Source of the DNA: Candidatus Hydrogenedentota bacterium
GTDB lineage: Bacteria; Hydrogenedentota; Hydrogenedentia; Hydrogenedentales; SLHB01
Assembly (NCBI GenBank): GCA_963745075.1
Contig: CAVUWV010000032.1
Location: forward strand, 1 to 64,000
DNA: 64,000 bases
Direction of reading: 5' to 3'
Of this stretch, positions 51,716-60,633 are shown piece by piece. The notes below the pieces were generated by a model. It saw only the letters and a program-made list of their open reading frames with translations. It made no database searches and had not been told where the DNA came from. The translations under genes and the position numbers were made by a program. Every line of letters starts with the position of its first letter. The stretch's first letter is position 1.

Positions 51716-52516
51716 TCACGCGAACAACGTCGGCTCGCCGTGCGAACCCGGATCGGGTTCCGGCGTCTCTTCGCCGGCAAGCAGTCGCATCACGTGTTGG
51801 ATGTCGTCCCACGTCTTCTTCTTTTCGCCCGGCGACCGGAGCAGGTACGCCGGATGATAGGTAACGCGCAGCGGGATTCCATGATAAAAATGCCAGCGGC
51901 CCCGGAGGCGGCCCGTCGACTCGTCGGTCTTGAGCAACGTCTTCGCCGCGTGCCCACCCAACGCACAAATCACCTTCGGCTTGACCAGATCGAGCTGCCG
52001 AATGAGGTACGGCTCACACTGGTCTTTCTCGGATGGTTGAGGATCCCGGTTATTCGGCGGGCGGCATTTCAATACGTTGCAGATATATACGTCTTCCCGG
52101 CGCAACTTCATCCCTTTAACAATAATATCAGTGAGTAATTGTCCCGCCCGGCCCACGAAAGGTTTGCCCTGCAGGTCTTCGTTTTCTCCCGGCGCCTCCC
52201 CTACAAAGACCAAGTCGGCATTGGGATTCCCATCGCCGAATACGGTTTGCGTCCGGGTCTTGCAGAGGTCACACTTCGTGCAGCCGCTGACCTCTTGTTC
52301 CAGCGCGACGAGTTCCGGCGATGCCGCACCCGCGGTTGGTGGAGGCGGAAGCACAGAAGGAGCGGACGGCGCCGCTTCGGGCTGCGACGCCGGGGCTTCG
52401 TAAAACGCAGCGACTTCCGGAGATAACGCGACGGTCTGCCGGCGGGGATGCGCCGCTTTCCGAATCAGTTCCCGGGTTTCTTCAATGATCTCGTTGTGCA
52501 AGTCTGACGACGCCAT
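51716..52516 (-). CDS. udg: Uracil-DNA glycosylase family 4 (Fe-S)
   Basis: [27 protein letters not shown] and YHPAYLLR motifs. Confidence 0.92.
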   Translation of the reverse strand: MASSDLHNEIIEETRELIRKAAHPRRQTVALSPEVAAFYEAPASQPEAAPSAPSVLPPPPTAGAASPELVALEQEVSGCTKCDLCKTRTQTVFGDGNPNADLVFVGEAPGENEDLQGKPFVGRAGQLLTDIIVKGMKLRREDVYICNVLKCRPPNNRDPQPSEKDQCEPYLIRQLDLVKPKVICALGGHAAKTLLKTDESTGRLRGRWHFYHGIPLRVTYHPAYLLRSPGEKKKTWDDIQHVMRLLAGEETPEPDPGSHGEPTLFA

Positions 52517-52618
52517 GGGTTACACCGTTTTCGGGGCATCATACCACGCGGACCGCGAGCGTCGCATATGGGGATAACACGGACCTCGTGCCGTTCCGCT
52601 CCGGTTTTCCTGCAAAGT

Positions 52619-52648
52619 TTGCGCTCCGTTCCATTTATGTGCTATCTT
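52619..52648 (+). promoter_or_regulatory. Putative rpsB promoter with extended -10
   Basis: TTGCGC, N18 spacer, TG-n-TATCTT. Confidence 0.55.
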
Positions 52649-52654
52649 TTGGCG

Positions 52655-52759
52655 TTTGCAATTACACAGGGGTCCCACCTTCTGTGCGGTTTGGGTGCCC
52701 GGCGTGTGGCCGGGTCAGCCGCCGGGCCCCGAGGAAAAACCCAAAAGGGAGAATTACGT
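52655..52759 (+). ncRNA. Putative ribosomal protein S2 autogenous leader
   Basis: ACACA at 52664, GGGTGCC at 52693, GC-rich stems and GAGG...AACCC at 52731-52742, resembling described rpsB leaders. Confidence 0.5.
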
Positions 52760-53623
52760 ATGGCAGTCGTCACCATGAGACAGCTTCTGGAGGCCGGCAT
52801 CCATTTCGGCCACCAGACCCGCCGTTGGAATCCAAAGATGGCCCGGTATATCTTCGGGCAACGCAACGGCATCTACATCATCGACTTGCAGAAAACCCTC
52901 CGCCAGGTCCACAAGGCCCACGCCTTCGTGCGCGACACCGTCGCGGCGGGCGGCACGGTCCTGTTCGTCGGCACCAAGAAGCAGGCCCAGGAACCGGTTG
53001 CGCGCGAAGCCACGCGTTGCGGCATGTATTACGTCAACCATCGCTGGTTGGGCGGGACCTTGACCAACTTCGAGACTATCCAGACCAGCGTTCGGAATCT
53101 CACGCGCCTCGAAGAAATGGACAGTTCCGGCGCCATGGAGAAATACACGAAGAAAGAAGCGGCGAGGATGCGCCGCGAAATGACCAAGCTGCGCCGCAAC
53201 CTCGACGGTATCAAGACGATGGTTCGTCTGCCGGACGTCATGTTCGTGATCGACACCAAGAAGGAAGCGATCGCCGTGCGCGAGGCACAACGCCTCGGTA
53301 TCACGTGTATCGGCATCGTGGATACCAATGCCGACCCGGACAGTGTGCCGATTCCAATTCCGGGTAACGACGACGCCATTCGCGCGGTCTCCTTGTTCTG
53401 CTCGGTTGTCGCCAACGCGGCGATGGACGGTTTGGCCCAAGCGGAAAAGATTCGCGCGGAACAGCCCCAGAAACCGGGCCGCGGCCGCAAGGCGCAACCC
53501 GTGAGCGCTGAAGCCGAAGCCAAACCGGAACAGGAGCCCGAAGCGCCGGGCGAAACAGGGCAGGCCGGCGAACCGGCAGAAGTGGGCGCAGCCACGCAAG
53601 AAGATTCTGAAGGAGAAGAGTAA
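52760..53623 (+). CDS. rpsB: 30S ribosomal protein S2
   Basis: [31 protein letters not shown] and PGNDDAIR motifs; acidic C-terminal tail. Confidence 0.98.
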   Translation: MAVVTMRQLLEAGIHFGHQTRRWNPKMARYIFGQRNGIYIIDLQKTLRQVHKAHAFVRDTVAAGGTVLFVGTKKQAQEPVAREATRCGMYYVNHRWLGGTLTNFETIQTSVRNLTRLEEMDSSGAMEKYTKKEAARMRREMTKLRRNLDGIKTMVRLPDVMFVIDTKKEAIAVREAQRLGITCIGIVDTNADPDSVPIPIPGNDDAIRAVSLFCSVVANAAMDGLAQAEKIRAEQPQKPGRGRKAQPVSAEAEAKPEQEPEAPGETGQAGEPAEVGAATQEDSEGEE

Positions 53624-53626
53624 GTA

Positions 53627-54226
53627 ATGGCGATTTCAGCTCAAGCGGTTAAAGACCTGCGCGATGCAACCGGCGCGGGGATGATGGATTGTAAAAAAGC
53701 ACTGAACGAGTCCGAAGGCGACTTCGACAAAGCCGTGGTATGGCTACGGGAAAAGGGCATGGCCTCGGCAGCGAAACGCGCGGACCGCGAAGCGAGCCAA
53801 GGTGCGGTCACGTCGTACATCCATATGGGCGGCAAGATTGGCGTGCTTGCCGAAGTCAATTGCGAAACCGACTTCGTGGCCCGTGGCGACAAGTTCCAGG
53901 AATTCTGCAAAGACGTATGTCTCCAGATCTGTTCGGCCACGCCGCGTTGGGTCAAACGCGAAGACGTCCCGGAAGACGCCATCGCTGCCGAGAAGGAGAT
54001 TTACGTGAAGCAGGCGGCCGAGACCGGCAAGCCGGCGAACGTGTGCGAAAAGATCGCCGAAGGCAAGCTGAACAAGTGGTACCAAACGGCCTGCCTCTTG
54101 GAGCAGCCGTTCGTAAAAGATACGGATCGCACCATCGAAGAGCTGATGAAAGAACTCAGCGGACTCGTGGGCGAAAAGATAGACGTCCGCCGTTTTGCAC
54201 GGTTCGAGTTGGGCGAGGCCCTCTAG
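53627..54226 (+). CDS. tsf: Elongation factor Ts (short form)
   Basis: VKDLRDATGAGMMDCKKAL, EVNCETDFVA and RRFARF motifs; 199 aa. Confidence 0.97.
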   Translation: MAISAQAVKDLRDATGAGMMDCKKALNESEGDFDKAVVWLREKGMASAAKRADREASQGAVTSYIHMGGKIGVLAEVNCETDFVARGDKFQEFCKDVCLQICSATPRWVKREDVPEDAIAAEKEIYVKQAAETGKPANVCEKIAEGKLNKWYQTACLLEQPFVKDTDRTIEELMKELSGLVGEKIDVRRFARFELGEAL

Positions 54227-54296
54227 TCAGGACCGCCGCCTGACGTTGCCGAATGACGAGGGCACGATTTACGGGGATGCCACCCGGCGAGCGCGG

Positions 54297-54497
54297 TAAG
54301 AACATCCCCCTTGATCCCCCTTCAAAGGGGGAATGACTCCGCAACGCGGTGGTGGTGTCAGGCAATAGCGTTCGCGCGTACGTTTGACGATCGGTTGCGT
54401 GCAGGCACCGCGAGTTTTGACGGTCGATTGTATGCGCGCACCGCGAAGCGTGCGCAATACTCCCCCTTTGAAGGGGGATGCAAGGGGATGTTCTTAA
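54297..54497. repeat. REPIN/MITE-like element, copy 1
   Basis: Arms TAAGAACATCCCCCTTGATCCCCCTTCAAAGGGGGA and TCCCCCTTTGAAGGGGGATGCAAGGGGATGTTCTTA; the same arms occur at 60407-60575. Confidence 0.8.
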
Positions 54498-54549
54498 CAT
54501 TCTCCGTAACCGGTAGTTTGACGATGAATCGCGCGGAAGGAAAAAGAGG

Positions 54550-55269
54550 TTGGCGGAGCCACACTATAGACGCATCATCTTGAAGCTGAGCGGCGAAGCC
54601 CTCGAAGGCGACGGCTCCGGCAGCATCGACTTTGCCACCGTCGGCCGCATTTGTGATGAGATCGCTGAGGTTCGGGAACTGGGCGTCCAAGTCGGCGTCG
54701 TCGTGGGCGGCGGAAACATCTTCCGTGGCGCCCAGGGCGTCGACACCGGCCTCGATCAGCCGACCGGCGATTACATGGGGATGCTGGCCACCATGATCAA
54801 TGCGCTGGCACTGCAAGCCGTGCTCGAACACAAAGGCGCGGCCACGCGTGTGTTGACCGCCATCGAAATGCGGCCCGTGGCCGAACCGTACATCCGCCGC
54901 CGGGCCTTGCGCCACTTGGAAAAGGGCCGGGTCGTCATCTTCGGCGCCGGCACCGGCAACCCTTTCTTTACCACGGACACCGCCGCCGCCCTTCGCGCCA
55001 GCGAGATTGGCGCGGACGTGCTGCTCAAAGCCACCAAAGTCGACGGCGTGTACGATGCCGATCCCGTGAAAAACTCCGGGGCAAAACGGTATGATGATTT
55101 GTCGTATACCACCGCGCTGACGTTGAATCTTCGCGTTATGGATGCAACGGCGATCTCGTTGTGCCGGGAAAGCGGCTTGCCGATTCTCGTGTTCAACTTG
55201 AACGAACCGCGCAGTATCGTCCGGGCGGTGCGAGGAGAGCGAATCGGGACTTTGGTGAAAGGAGACTGA
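54550..55269 (+). CDS. pyrH: Uridylate kinase
   Basis: [24 protein letters not shown] and GNPFFTTD motifs; TTG start. Confidence 0.97.
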   Translation: MAEPHYRRIILKLSGEALEGDGSGSIDFATVGRICDEIAEVRELGVQVGVVVGGGNIFRGAQGVDTGLDQPTGDYMGMLATMINALALQAVLEHKGAATRVLTAIEMRPVAEPYIRRRALRHLEKGRVVIFGAGTGNPFFTTDTAAALRASEIGADVLLKATKVDGVYDADPVKNSGAKRYDDLSYTTALTLNLRVMDATAISLCRESGLPILVFNLNEPRSIVRAVRGERIGTLVKGD

Positions 55270-55272
55270 GCC

Positions 55273-55830
55273 ATGGAACATGCGCTCTGCAAAGAGGCAC
55301 GGGAAAAGATGGAGAAGAGTATCGAGGCGTTTGACAACGAACTCGTTCACATCCGCACGGGGCGAGCATCCGCCGGCCTTCTCGATACCATCGAGGTGGA
55401 AGTCTACGGGTCCCGGATGAAAATCAACCAGCTTGGCACCGTCTCCGCACCGGAGGCCCGACTTCTCACCGTGACCCCGTGGGACAAATCGCAGATGGCC
55501 GCTATCGAAAAAGCCATCCTCGCCTCGCCGCTGGAACTGACGCCGTCGAACGACGGGAAAATCATTCGAATCCCCATCCCCCAGTTAACCGAAGATCGCC
55601 GCAAGGATCTGGTCAAACACGTACATAAGCTCGCCGAAGAGTCACGGGTTGCGGTCCGCAACATCCGCCGGCACCTCGTCGAAGAAGTAAAAAAAGAACA
55701 AAAAGACGGCGATTTGCCGGAAGACGACGCCCATAAATTGACGGCCGAAATCCAGAAGATCACCGACGAATACATCGCCAAGATCGACGCTTCGCTCAAA
55801 GCCAAAGACGAAGAGATTATGGAAGTCTGA
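55273..55830 (+). CDS. frr: Ribosome recycling factor
   Basis: IRTGRA, PWDKS, LTEDRRK and VRNIRR motifs. Confidence 0.97.
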   Translation: MEHALCKEAREKMEKSIEAFDNELVHIRTGRASAGLLDTIEVEVYGSRMKINQLGTVSAPEARLLTVTPWDKSQMAAIEKAILASPLELTPSNDGKIIRIPIPQLTEDRRKDLVKHVHKLAEESRVAVRNIRRHLVEEVKKEQKDGDLPEDDAHKLTAEIQKITDEYIAKIDASLKAKDEEIMEV

Positions 55831-55849
55831 GGCATAACGCGCATCCGGC

Positions 55850-55879
55850 TGTGGTGCAGGCGAGACGCCCGCACCACAA
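55850..55879. repeat. REP-like hairpin, same family as the one inside the 43.6-kb MITE
   Basis: TGTGGTGCAGGCGAGACGCCCGCACCACAA. Confidence 0.6.
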
Positions 55880-55917
55880 CAGTGACGAACGGACCGGTTT
55901 CAACGGTCAGATTTCAA

Positions 55918-56685
55918 ATGAACACTTCAGTCGCCAATACAGACCCGGCTCAGTGTATGACGGACGAACTCCCCCAGATCGACCGCGATCGGTTGCCCCG
56001 TCACATCGCCGTCATCATGGACGGCAACGGACGGTGGGCGGCCCAGCACGAGGTCAGCCGCGCAGCGGGCCACGAGGCCGGCGCGAAAAGCGTGCGGGCC
56101 GTCGTGGAAGCCTGTCGCGAACTCGGAGTGACCGTGCTCACGCTTTACGCCTTCTCCACGGAAAACTGGCGGCGTTCAAAATTGGAAATCGACGCCCTCT
56201 TCCGGCTCTTGAGCAAGTACATCGGCATCGAGCTGGAGAACATTCATAAGGAAGATATCCGCGTGTCGGTCATGGGTCGCATGGAAGGACTGCCGGGCAG
56301 AGCACAACGCGATTTGCGGCACGCCATAGAATTAACCGCCGGGAACGCGTCTATGACGTTAAACGTCGCCGTCAATTACGGCGCACGCGCCGAACTCGCG
56401 GATGCGGCGAAGCGAATCGCCGAGGAGGTGAAGGCCGGCCGGCTTGAACCCGCAAAGGTGGACGAGGCTTGTCTTGCACGGCATCTCTATGTGCCGGAAT
56501 TGCCGGACCCCGACTTGCTCATCCGGACCAGCGGCGAAATGCGCCTGAGCAATTTTATGTTATGGCAATTGTCCTACGCCGAAATCGTCGCGGTTCCCAC
56601 GTTGTGGCCGGATTTTCGCAAGCCGCATCTCTACGCCGCCATCGCGGAATATCAATCTCGTCAACGGCGCTTCGGCGGGCGGTGA
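55918..56685 (+). CDS. uppS: Undecaprenyl diphosphate synthase (isoprenyl transferase)
   Basis: HIAVIMDGNGRW, FSTENW, RTSGEMRLSNF and RRFGG motifs. Start may be at 55957. Confidence 0.95.
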   Translation: MNTSVANTDPAQCMTDELPQIDRDRLPRHIAVIMDGNGRWAAQHEVSRAAGHEAGAKSVRAVVEACRELGVTVLTLYAFSTENWRRSKLEIDALFRLLSKYIGIELENIHKEDIRVSVMGRMEGLPGRAQRDLRHAIELTAGNASMTLNVAVNYGARAELADAAKRIAEEVKAGRLEPAKVDEACLARHLYVPELPDPDLLIRTSGEMRLSNFMLWQLSYAEIVAVPTLWPDFRKPHLYAAIAEYQSRQRRFGGR

Positions 56686-56689
56686 TTTT

Positions 56690-57535
56690 GTGAACCTCGC
56701 GAACAGAGACGGATCCGTCTTGCTGCGCACCTTGACCGGTGCCACGGCGCTCGGCATCTTTTTGGTGCTGATTTGGGTGCCCCAATTGAAGCTGGGATTC
56801 GCGCTGTTTGTCGGGGCCCTGGTCCTCGTCGGCCTGTACGAACTGTATGCCATCGCGCGCGCACGGCAAATTTCGCCGGAAACCATCGGTGGCATGTTCG
56901 CCGGAACCATCATCGCTCTCAGCGGCTATTTCAACAGCCCGTCGCTGACGAATTTTCTGCTCTACGGCGGCTGCCTGCTCGTCGCGGCGCTGCACGTCGT
57001 GCGCGGACATCACGCCGTCGCCGGGTTAGCGGGTACGATCTTCGGCTTGATTTACGTCGGATGGTTCGGCGCGCACCTCGTCCTGCTCCATGGACTGCCC
57101 GTCGTCGGACCGGGATTTGTCACGATGTTGTTCGTCGCCGTGATTCTCACCGATACCGCGGCATTCTTCATCGGACGGACCATTGGGACACACAAGCTGG
57201 CACCCAAGGCGAGCCCGGGAAAGACCTGGGAAGGCGCGGCCGGCGGGTTTGTGTTTGCCATTCTGGGCATGGCGGTCATGTGGTACGTGCATCGGCTTGA
57301 CGCACGGCTCGTGCTGCCGGATTGGTCCCTCTGGCGCTACCTCTACGCGGGCATCGTCCTCTCGATCGCCTCGCAGGTCGGCGACTTGGCGGAGTCTTGC
57401 CTGAAACGCGATGCGGGAGTCAAGGACTCGGGAAACTTTTTTCCGGGCCACGGCGGCGTGTTGGACCGATGTGACGGGTTCCTGTTCGCATCGCCGTTTC
57501 TTTACTATATGGCGGTGCCGCTCCTGGGCAATTGA
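56690..57535 (+). CDS. cdsA: Phosphatidate cytidylyltransferase
   Basis: SPGKTWEG and GDLAESCLKRDAGVKDSG...GHGGVLDRCD motifs. Confidence 0.95.
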   Translation: MNLANRDGSVLLRTLTGATALGIFLVLIWVPQLKLGFALFVGALVLVGLYELYAIARARQISPETIGGMFAGTIIALSGYFNSPSLTNFLLYGGCLLVAALHVVRGHHAVAGLAGTIFGLIYVGWFGAHLVLLHGLPVVGPGFVTMLFVAVILTDTAAFFIGRTIGTHKLAPKASPGKTWEGAAGGFVFAILGMAVMWYVHRLDARLVLPDWSLWRYLYAGIVLSIASQVGDLAESCLKRDAGVKDSGNFFPGHGGVLDRCDGFLFASPFLYYMAVPLLGN

Positions 57536-57570
57536 AGGCCGGCGCAATACAAATTCACGACCACCTCCGA

Positions 57571-57605
57571 TCTGAAATTTGAGATCTGAAATCCCAGATC
57601 GTAAA
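57571..57605. repeat. Degenerate 7-bp tandem repeat
   Basis: TCTGAAA TTTGAGA TCTGAAA TCCCAGA TCGTAAA. Confidence 0.55.
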
Positions 57606-57691
57606 GCGAGGGCTACAAGAGGAACCGCCCCGCCGCCGTGACTAACGGTGCAAGCAAATACCGTCTGCAAGGTCAGACAAGGAATAACACG

Positions 57692-58804
57692 ATGTACGAA
57701 GAAGTAGCCGAACGGCTGACCGACTATTCCGCGCGACTGCAAGATCTGCGCAAATGTCTGGACGTCGAAGGCACAAAAGAAGAAATCGCTGCGATCGAGC
57801 AGGTCATGTCCGCGCCAAATTTCTGGGACGATCCGGAGAGCGCGCAGAAAACCGTGCAAAAGCTGAAGGGGTTGAAAGCCATTATTGCCGCGCCGGACGC
57901 GTTGGCGGCGGAGATTAGCGACGCCGAAGTGCTGGTTGAACTGGCGCAGTCGGAAGAAGAGGCGTCCATGGGACCCGAACTACTCGAACAAACCAACCAG
58001 ATTGAAGAGAAACTCGACCGGCTCGAAATCACCAGCCTTTTCAACGATCCGCGTGATAAGAAGAACGCCATCATCAACATTCATCCCGGCGCGGGCGGCA
58101 CGGAATCCTGCGACTGGGCCTTGATGCTGTACCGCATGATCACGCGGTGCTGTGAACGGCACGAATTCGACGTCGAGGTCGTGGACTACCAGGAAGGCGA
58201 CGAAGCCGGACTCAAAAGCGCGACCCTGATCGCGGAAGGACCTTTTGCCTACGGCAATCTCAAGTCCGAAGCGGGTGTGCACCGGTTGGTGCGAATCTCG
58301 CCCTTCGACGCCAACAAACGGCGCCATACGTCTTTCGCCGCCATCGAAGTGGTGCCCGAAGCGGACGAGGACGTCGACATCGAGATCAAAGAAGAAGAAT
58401 TGAAAATGGACGTGTTCCGCTCCAGCGGACCCGGCGGACAGAAGGTGAATAAAACGAGTTCCGCCGTGCGGCTTACCCATCTGCCCACGGGTCTCGTGGT
58501 GGCCTGCCAGATCGAACGGTCCCAGCATCGCAATCGCGCCACAGCCATCAACATGTTGAAGGCGAAACTCTACGATATCGAGATGCAGAAAAAGGAAGTC
58601 GAACGGCTCGCCTTGCGCGAGGGACAAGCGGACGCCGCGTGGGGGAGCCAGATTCGCAGCTACGTGCTCCATCCCTATCAGATGATTAAGGATCATCGGA
58701 CCGACGCGGAGACAGGAAATGTCGATCGCGTGCTCGACGGCGATCTCGATATGTTTATTGCCAGTTATTTGAAGTGGAACCTGGAGAGGAAAGGCCGAAA
58801 TTAA
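57692..58804 (+). CDS. prfB: Peptide chain release factor 2, continuous ORF
   Basis: GAGGTES, RISPF (SPF), GGQ and WGSQIRSYV motifs; no internal TGA. Confidence 0.96.
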   Translation: MYEEVAERLTDYSARLQDLRKCLDVEGTKEEIAAIEQVMSAPNFWDDPESAQKTVQKLKGLKAIIAAPDALAAEISDAEVLVELAQSEEEASMGPELLEQTNQIEEKLDRLEITSLFNDPRDKKNAIINIHPGAGGTESCDWALMLYRMITRCCERHEFDVEVVDYQEGDEAGLKSATLIAEGPFAYGNLKSEAGVHRLVRISPFDANKRRHTSFAAIEVVPEADEDVDIEIKEEELKMDVFRSSGPGGQKVNKTSSAVRLTHLPTGLVVACQIERSQHRNRATAINMLKAKLYDIEMQKKEVERLALREGQADAAWGSQIRSYVLHPYQMIKDHRTDAETGNVDRVLDGDLDMFIASYLKWNLERKGRN

Positions 58805-58808
58805 TCTC

Positions 58809-60308
58809 ATGTCCGAAGAGCATCACTCAACCGAAGAAGAACTGCGGCGTCATCGCATCGACAAACTGGATCGCATTCGCGAACGCGGCGACGAACCGTT
58901 CAAATACACCTTCGAGCGATCCAGCACCATCGGAGACGCGCGCACGGCATTCGAGGCCGCAGAATCCAAGAGCGAGGACGCGGCCGAGGCCAAGATCCAG
59001 GCGACTCTCGCGGGACGAATGGTGTCGTTTCGCGATCACGGCAAGAGCGTGTTTGTCGACATTCGCGACGAGACCGGCCAGATTCAGGTCTATTTCAACG
59101 TGAAGGGCATTGGCGAAGAAGCCTTTGCCGCCGTGCACGATCTCGATATGGGCGATTTCATCGGCGCGACGGGCGAGGTCCACCGCACGCGGAAGGGCGA
59201 AATTACATTGTTTGCGTCGTCCTTTGAAATACTGACTAAATCCTTGCGCGCGCTGCCGGAGAAGTATCACGGACTGACGGATGTCGAGACGCGGTATCGC
59301 CAGCGGTACCTGGACCTGGTGGCCAATCCCGAAGTGCTGGATATCTTCCGCAAGCGTGTCCAGTTGATCGCCGCCATGCGCACCTGGCTTACGGATCGCG
59401 GGTTCCTCGAAGTCGAAACGCCCATGCTGCACCCCATCCCCGGCGGCGCCACGGCCCGTCCCTTCATCACGCATCACAATACGTACGACACGGACCTCTA
59501 TCTGCGCATCGCGCCGGAACTATATTTGAAACGCTGCATCGTCGGCGGATTCGAGCGTGTCTTCGAGATCAACCGTAATTTCCGGAACGAGGGCGTCGAC
59601 ACGCGCCACAATCCCGAGTTCACCATGATGGAACTCTACGAGGCCTATCAGGATTACATGGGATTGATGGACGAAACGGAAGAACTCTTCGTCGCCGTCA
59701 TCGAAGCGGTGGTCGGCGGGACGAAATTTCCGTACCAGGGCGAAACCATCGACGCGACGCGGCCGTGGAAACGTATCAAGCTGTTCGACGCGATTCGCGA
59801 GTACGCGGGCGTCGATCTGGAATCCACGCGGGACCGCGACGAAGCGGCCGCGCTGGCGAAACAAGCGGGCGTGGAGGTAGATCCGGCCATGGGCTATGGG
59901 AAGATCGTGGATGAGGTCATGAGCCTGAAGGTCGTGCCCCATCTCGTGCAGCCCACGTTCCTCTACGATTACCCCATCGAGATCTCGCCCCTCGCAAAGA
60001 AGAAGCGCGACAACCCGGCCCTGACGGAACGGTTCCAGGCCTTCATCGGCCGGCTCGAAATGTGTAACGCGTTCTCGGAACTCAACGATCCCATCGATCA
60101 GCGGGAACGCTTTATGGACCAGCTTAAACAGCGCGAAAAGGGCGATGAAGAGGCGCAGCACCTCGATGACGATTTCATTACAGCCCTCGAAGTCGGAATG
60201 CCGCCCACCGCCGGGCTCGGCATCGGCATCGATCGCCTGGCGATGTTGCTGACCGACTCGGCATCGATCCGAGAAGTGATCTTGTTCCCGCTGCTGCGAC
60301 CGCTGTGA
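58809..60308 (+). CDS. lysS: Lysine--tRNA ligase (class II)
   Basis: RYRQRYLDL, GGATARPF, LRIAPELYLK, FRNEG, HNPEF and GIGIDR motifs. Confidence 0.98.
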   Translation: MSEEHHSTEEELRRHRIDKLDRIRERGDEPFKYTFERSSTIGDARTAFEAAESKSEDAAEAKIQATLAGRMVSFRDHGKSVFVDIRDETGQIQVYFNVKGIGEEAFAAVHDLDMGDFIGATGEVHRTRKGEITLFASSFEILTKSLRALPEKYHGLTDVETRYRQRYLDLVANPEVLDIFRKRVQLIAAMRTWLTDRGFLEVETPMLHPIPGGATARPFITHHNTYDTDLYLRIAPELYLKRCIVGGFERVFEINRNFRNEGVDTRHNPEFTMMELYEAYQDYMGLMDETEELFVAVIEAVVGGTKFPYQGETIDATRPWKRIKLFDAIREYAGVDLESTRDRDEAAALAKQAGVEVDPAMGYGKIVDEVMSLKVVPHLVQPTFLYDYPIEISPLAKKKRDNPALTERFQAFIGRLEMCNAFSELNDPIDQRERFMDQLKQREKGDEEAQHLDDDFITALEVGMPPTAGLGIGIDRLAMLLTDSASIREVILFPLLRPL

Positions 60309-60406
60309 TTTGTACTACAGTCATGCATAGTTGAACGAAACCGATTGGCGCTCTGGACACCCAGCAAGCCTCGGGATTGAAAATTGGATTAGTAGGATAA
60401 GGAACG

Positions 60407-60575
60407 AAGAACATCCCCCTTGATCCCCCTTCAAAGGGGGAATGATACTCGTTCCTGTCCGTTGGCGCTTGTATCGAATAGTCTCTAAGTCCATCGGCGC
60501 CGTTTGCCTGAAGCGCAACGCAACGCGTTGCGGAGAATTCCCCCTTTGAAGGGGGATCAAGGGGGATGTTCTTAA
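60407..60575. repeat. REPIN/MITE-like element, copy 2
   Basis: Arms AAGAACATCCCCCTTGATCCCCCTTCAAAGGGGGAAT and ATTCCCCCTTTGAAGGGGGATCAAGGGGGATGTTCTT. Confidence 0.8.
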
Positions 60576-60633
60576 GTGCGAACAACGTCACGTCAGGTTG
60601 TGTGAATTACGAAGTACGATCGAGGAGACTCCA

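Noticed and set aside
52568..52759. N-terminal extension of RpsB in the ORF track
   Set aside because: It overlaps the promoter and leader; the conserved start is ATG 52760.
54156..54583. Short ORFs across the repeat elements (also 60178..60591)
   Set aside because: Peptides such as IPPLKGDQGG and PLDPPSKGE are translations of the repeat arms.
60372..60400. GGAT-periodic tract next to REPIN copy 2
   Set aside because: Only about three very degenerate units; too weak to call.
54297..60575. CRISPR array
   Set aside because: The repeats are inverted pairs 6 kb apart, not direct repeats with spacers, and there are no cas genes.
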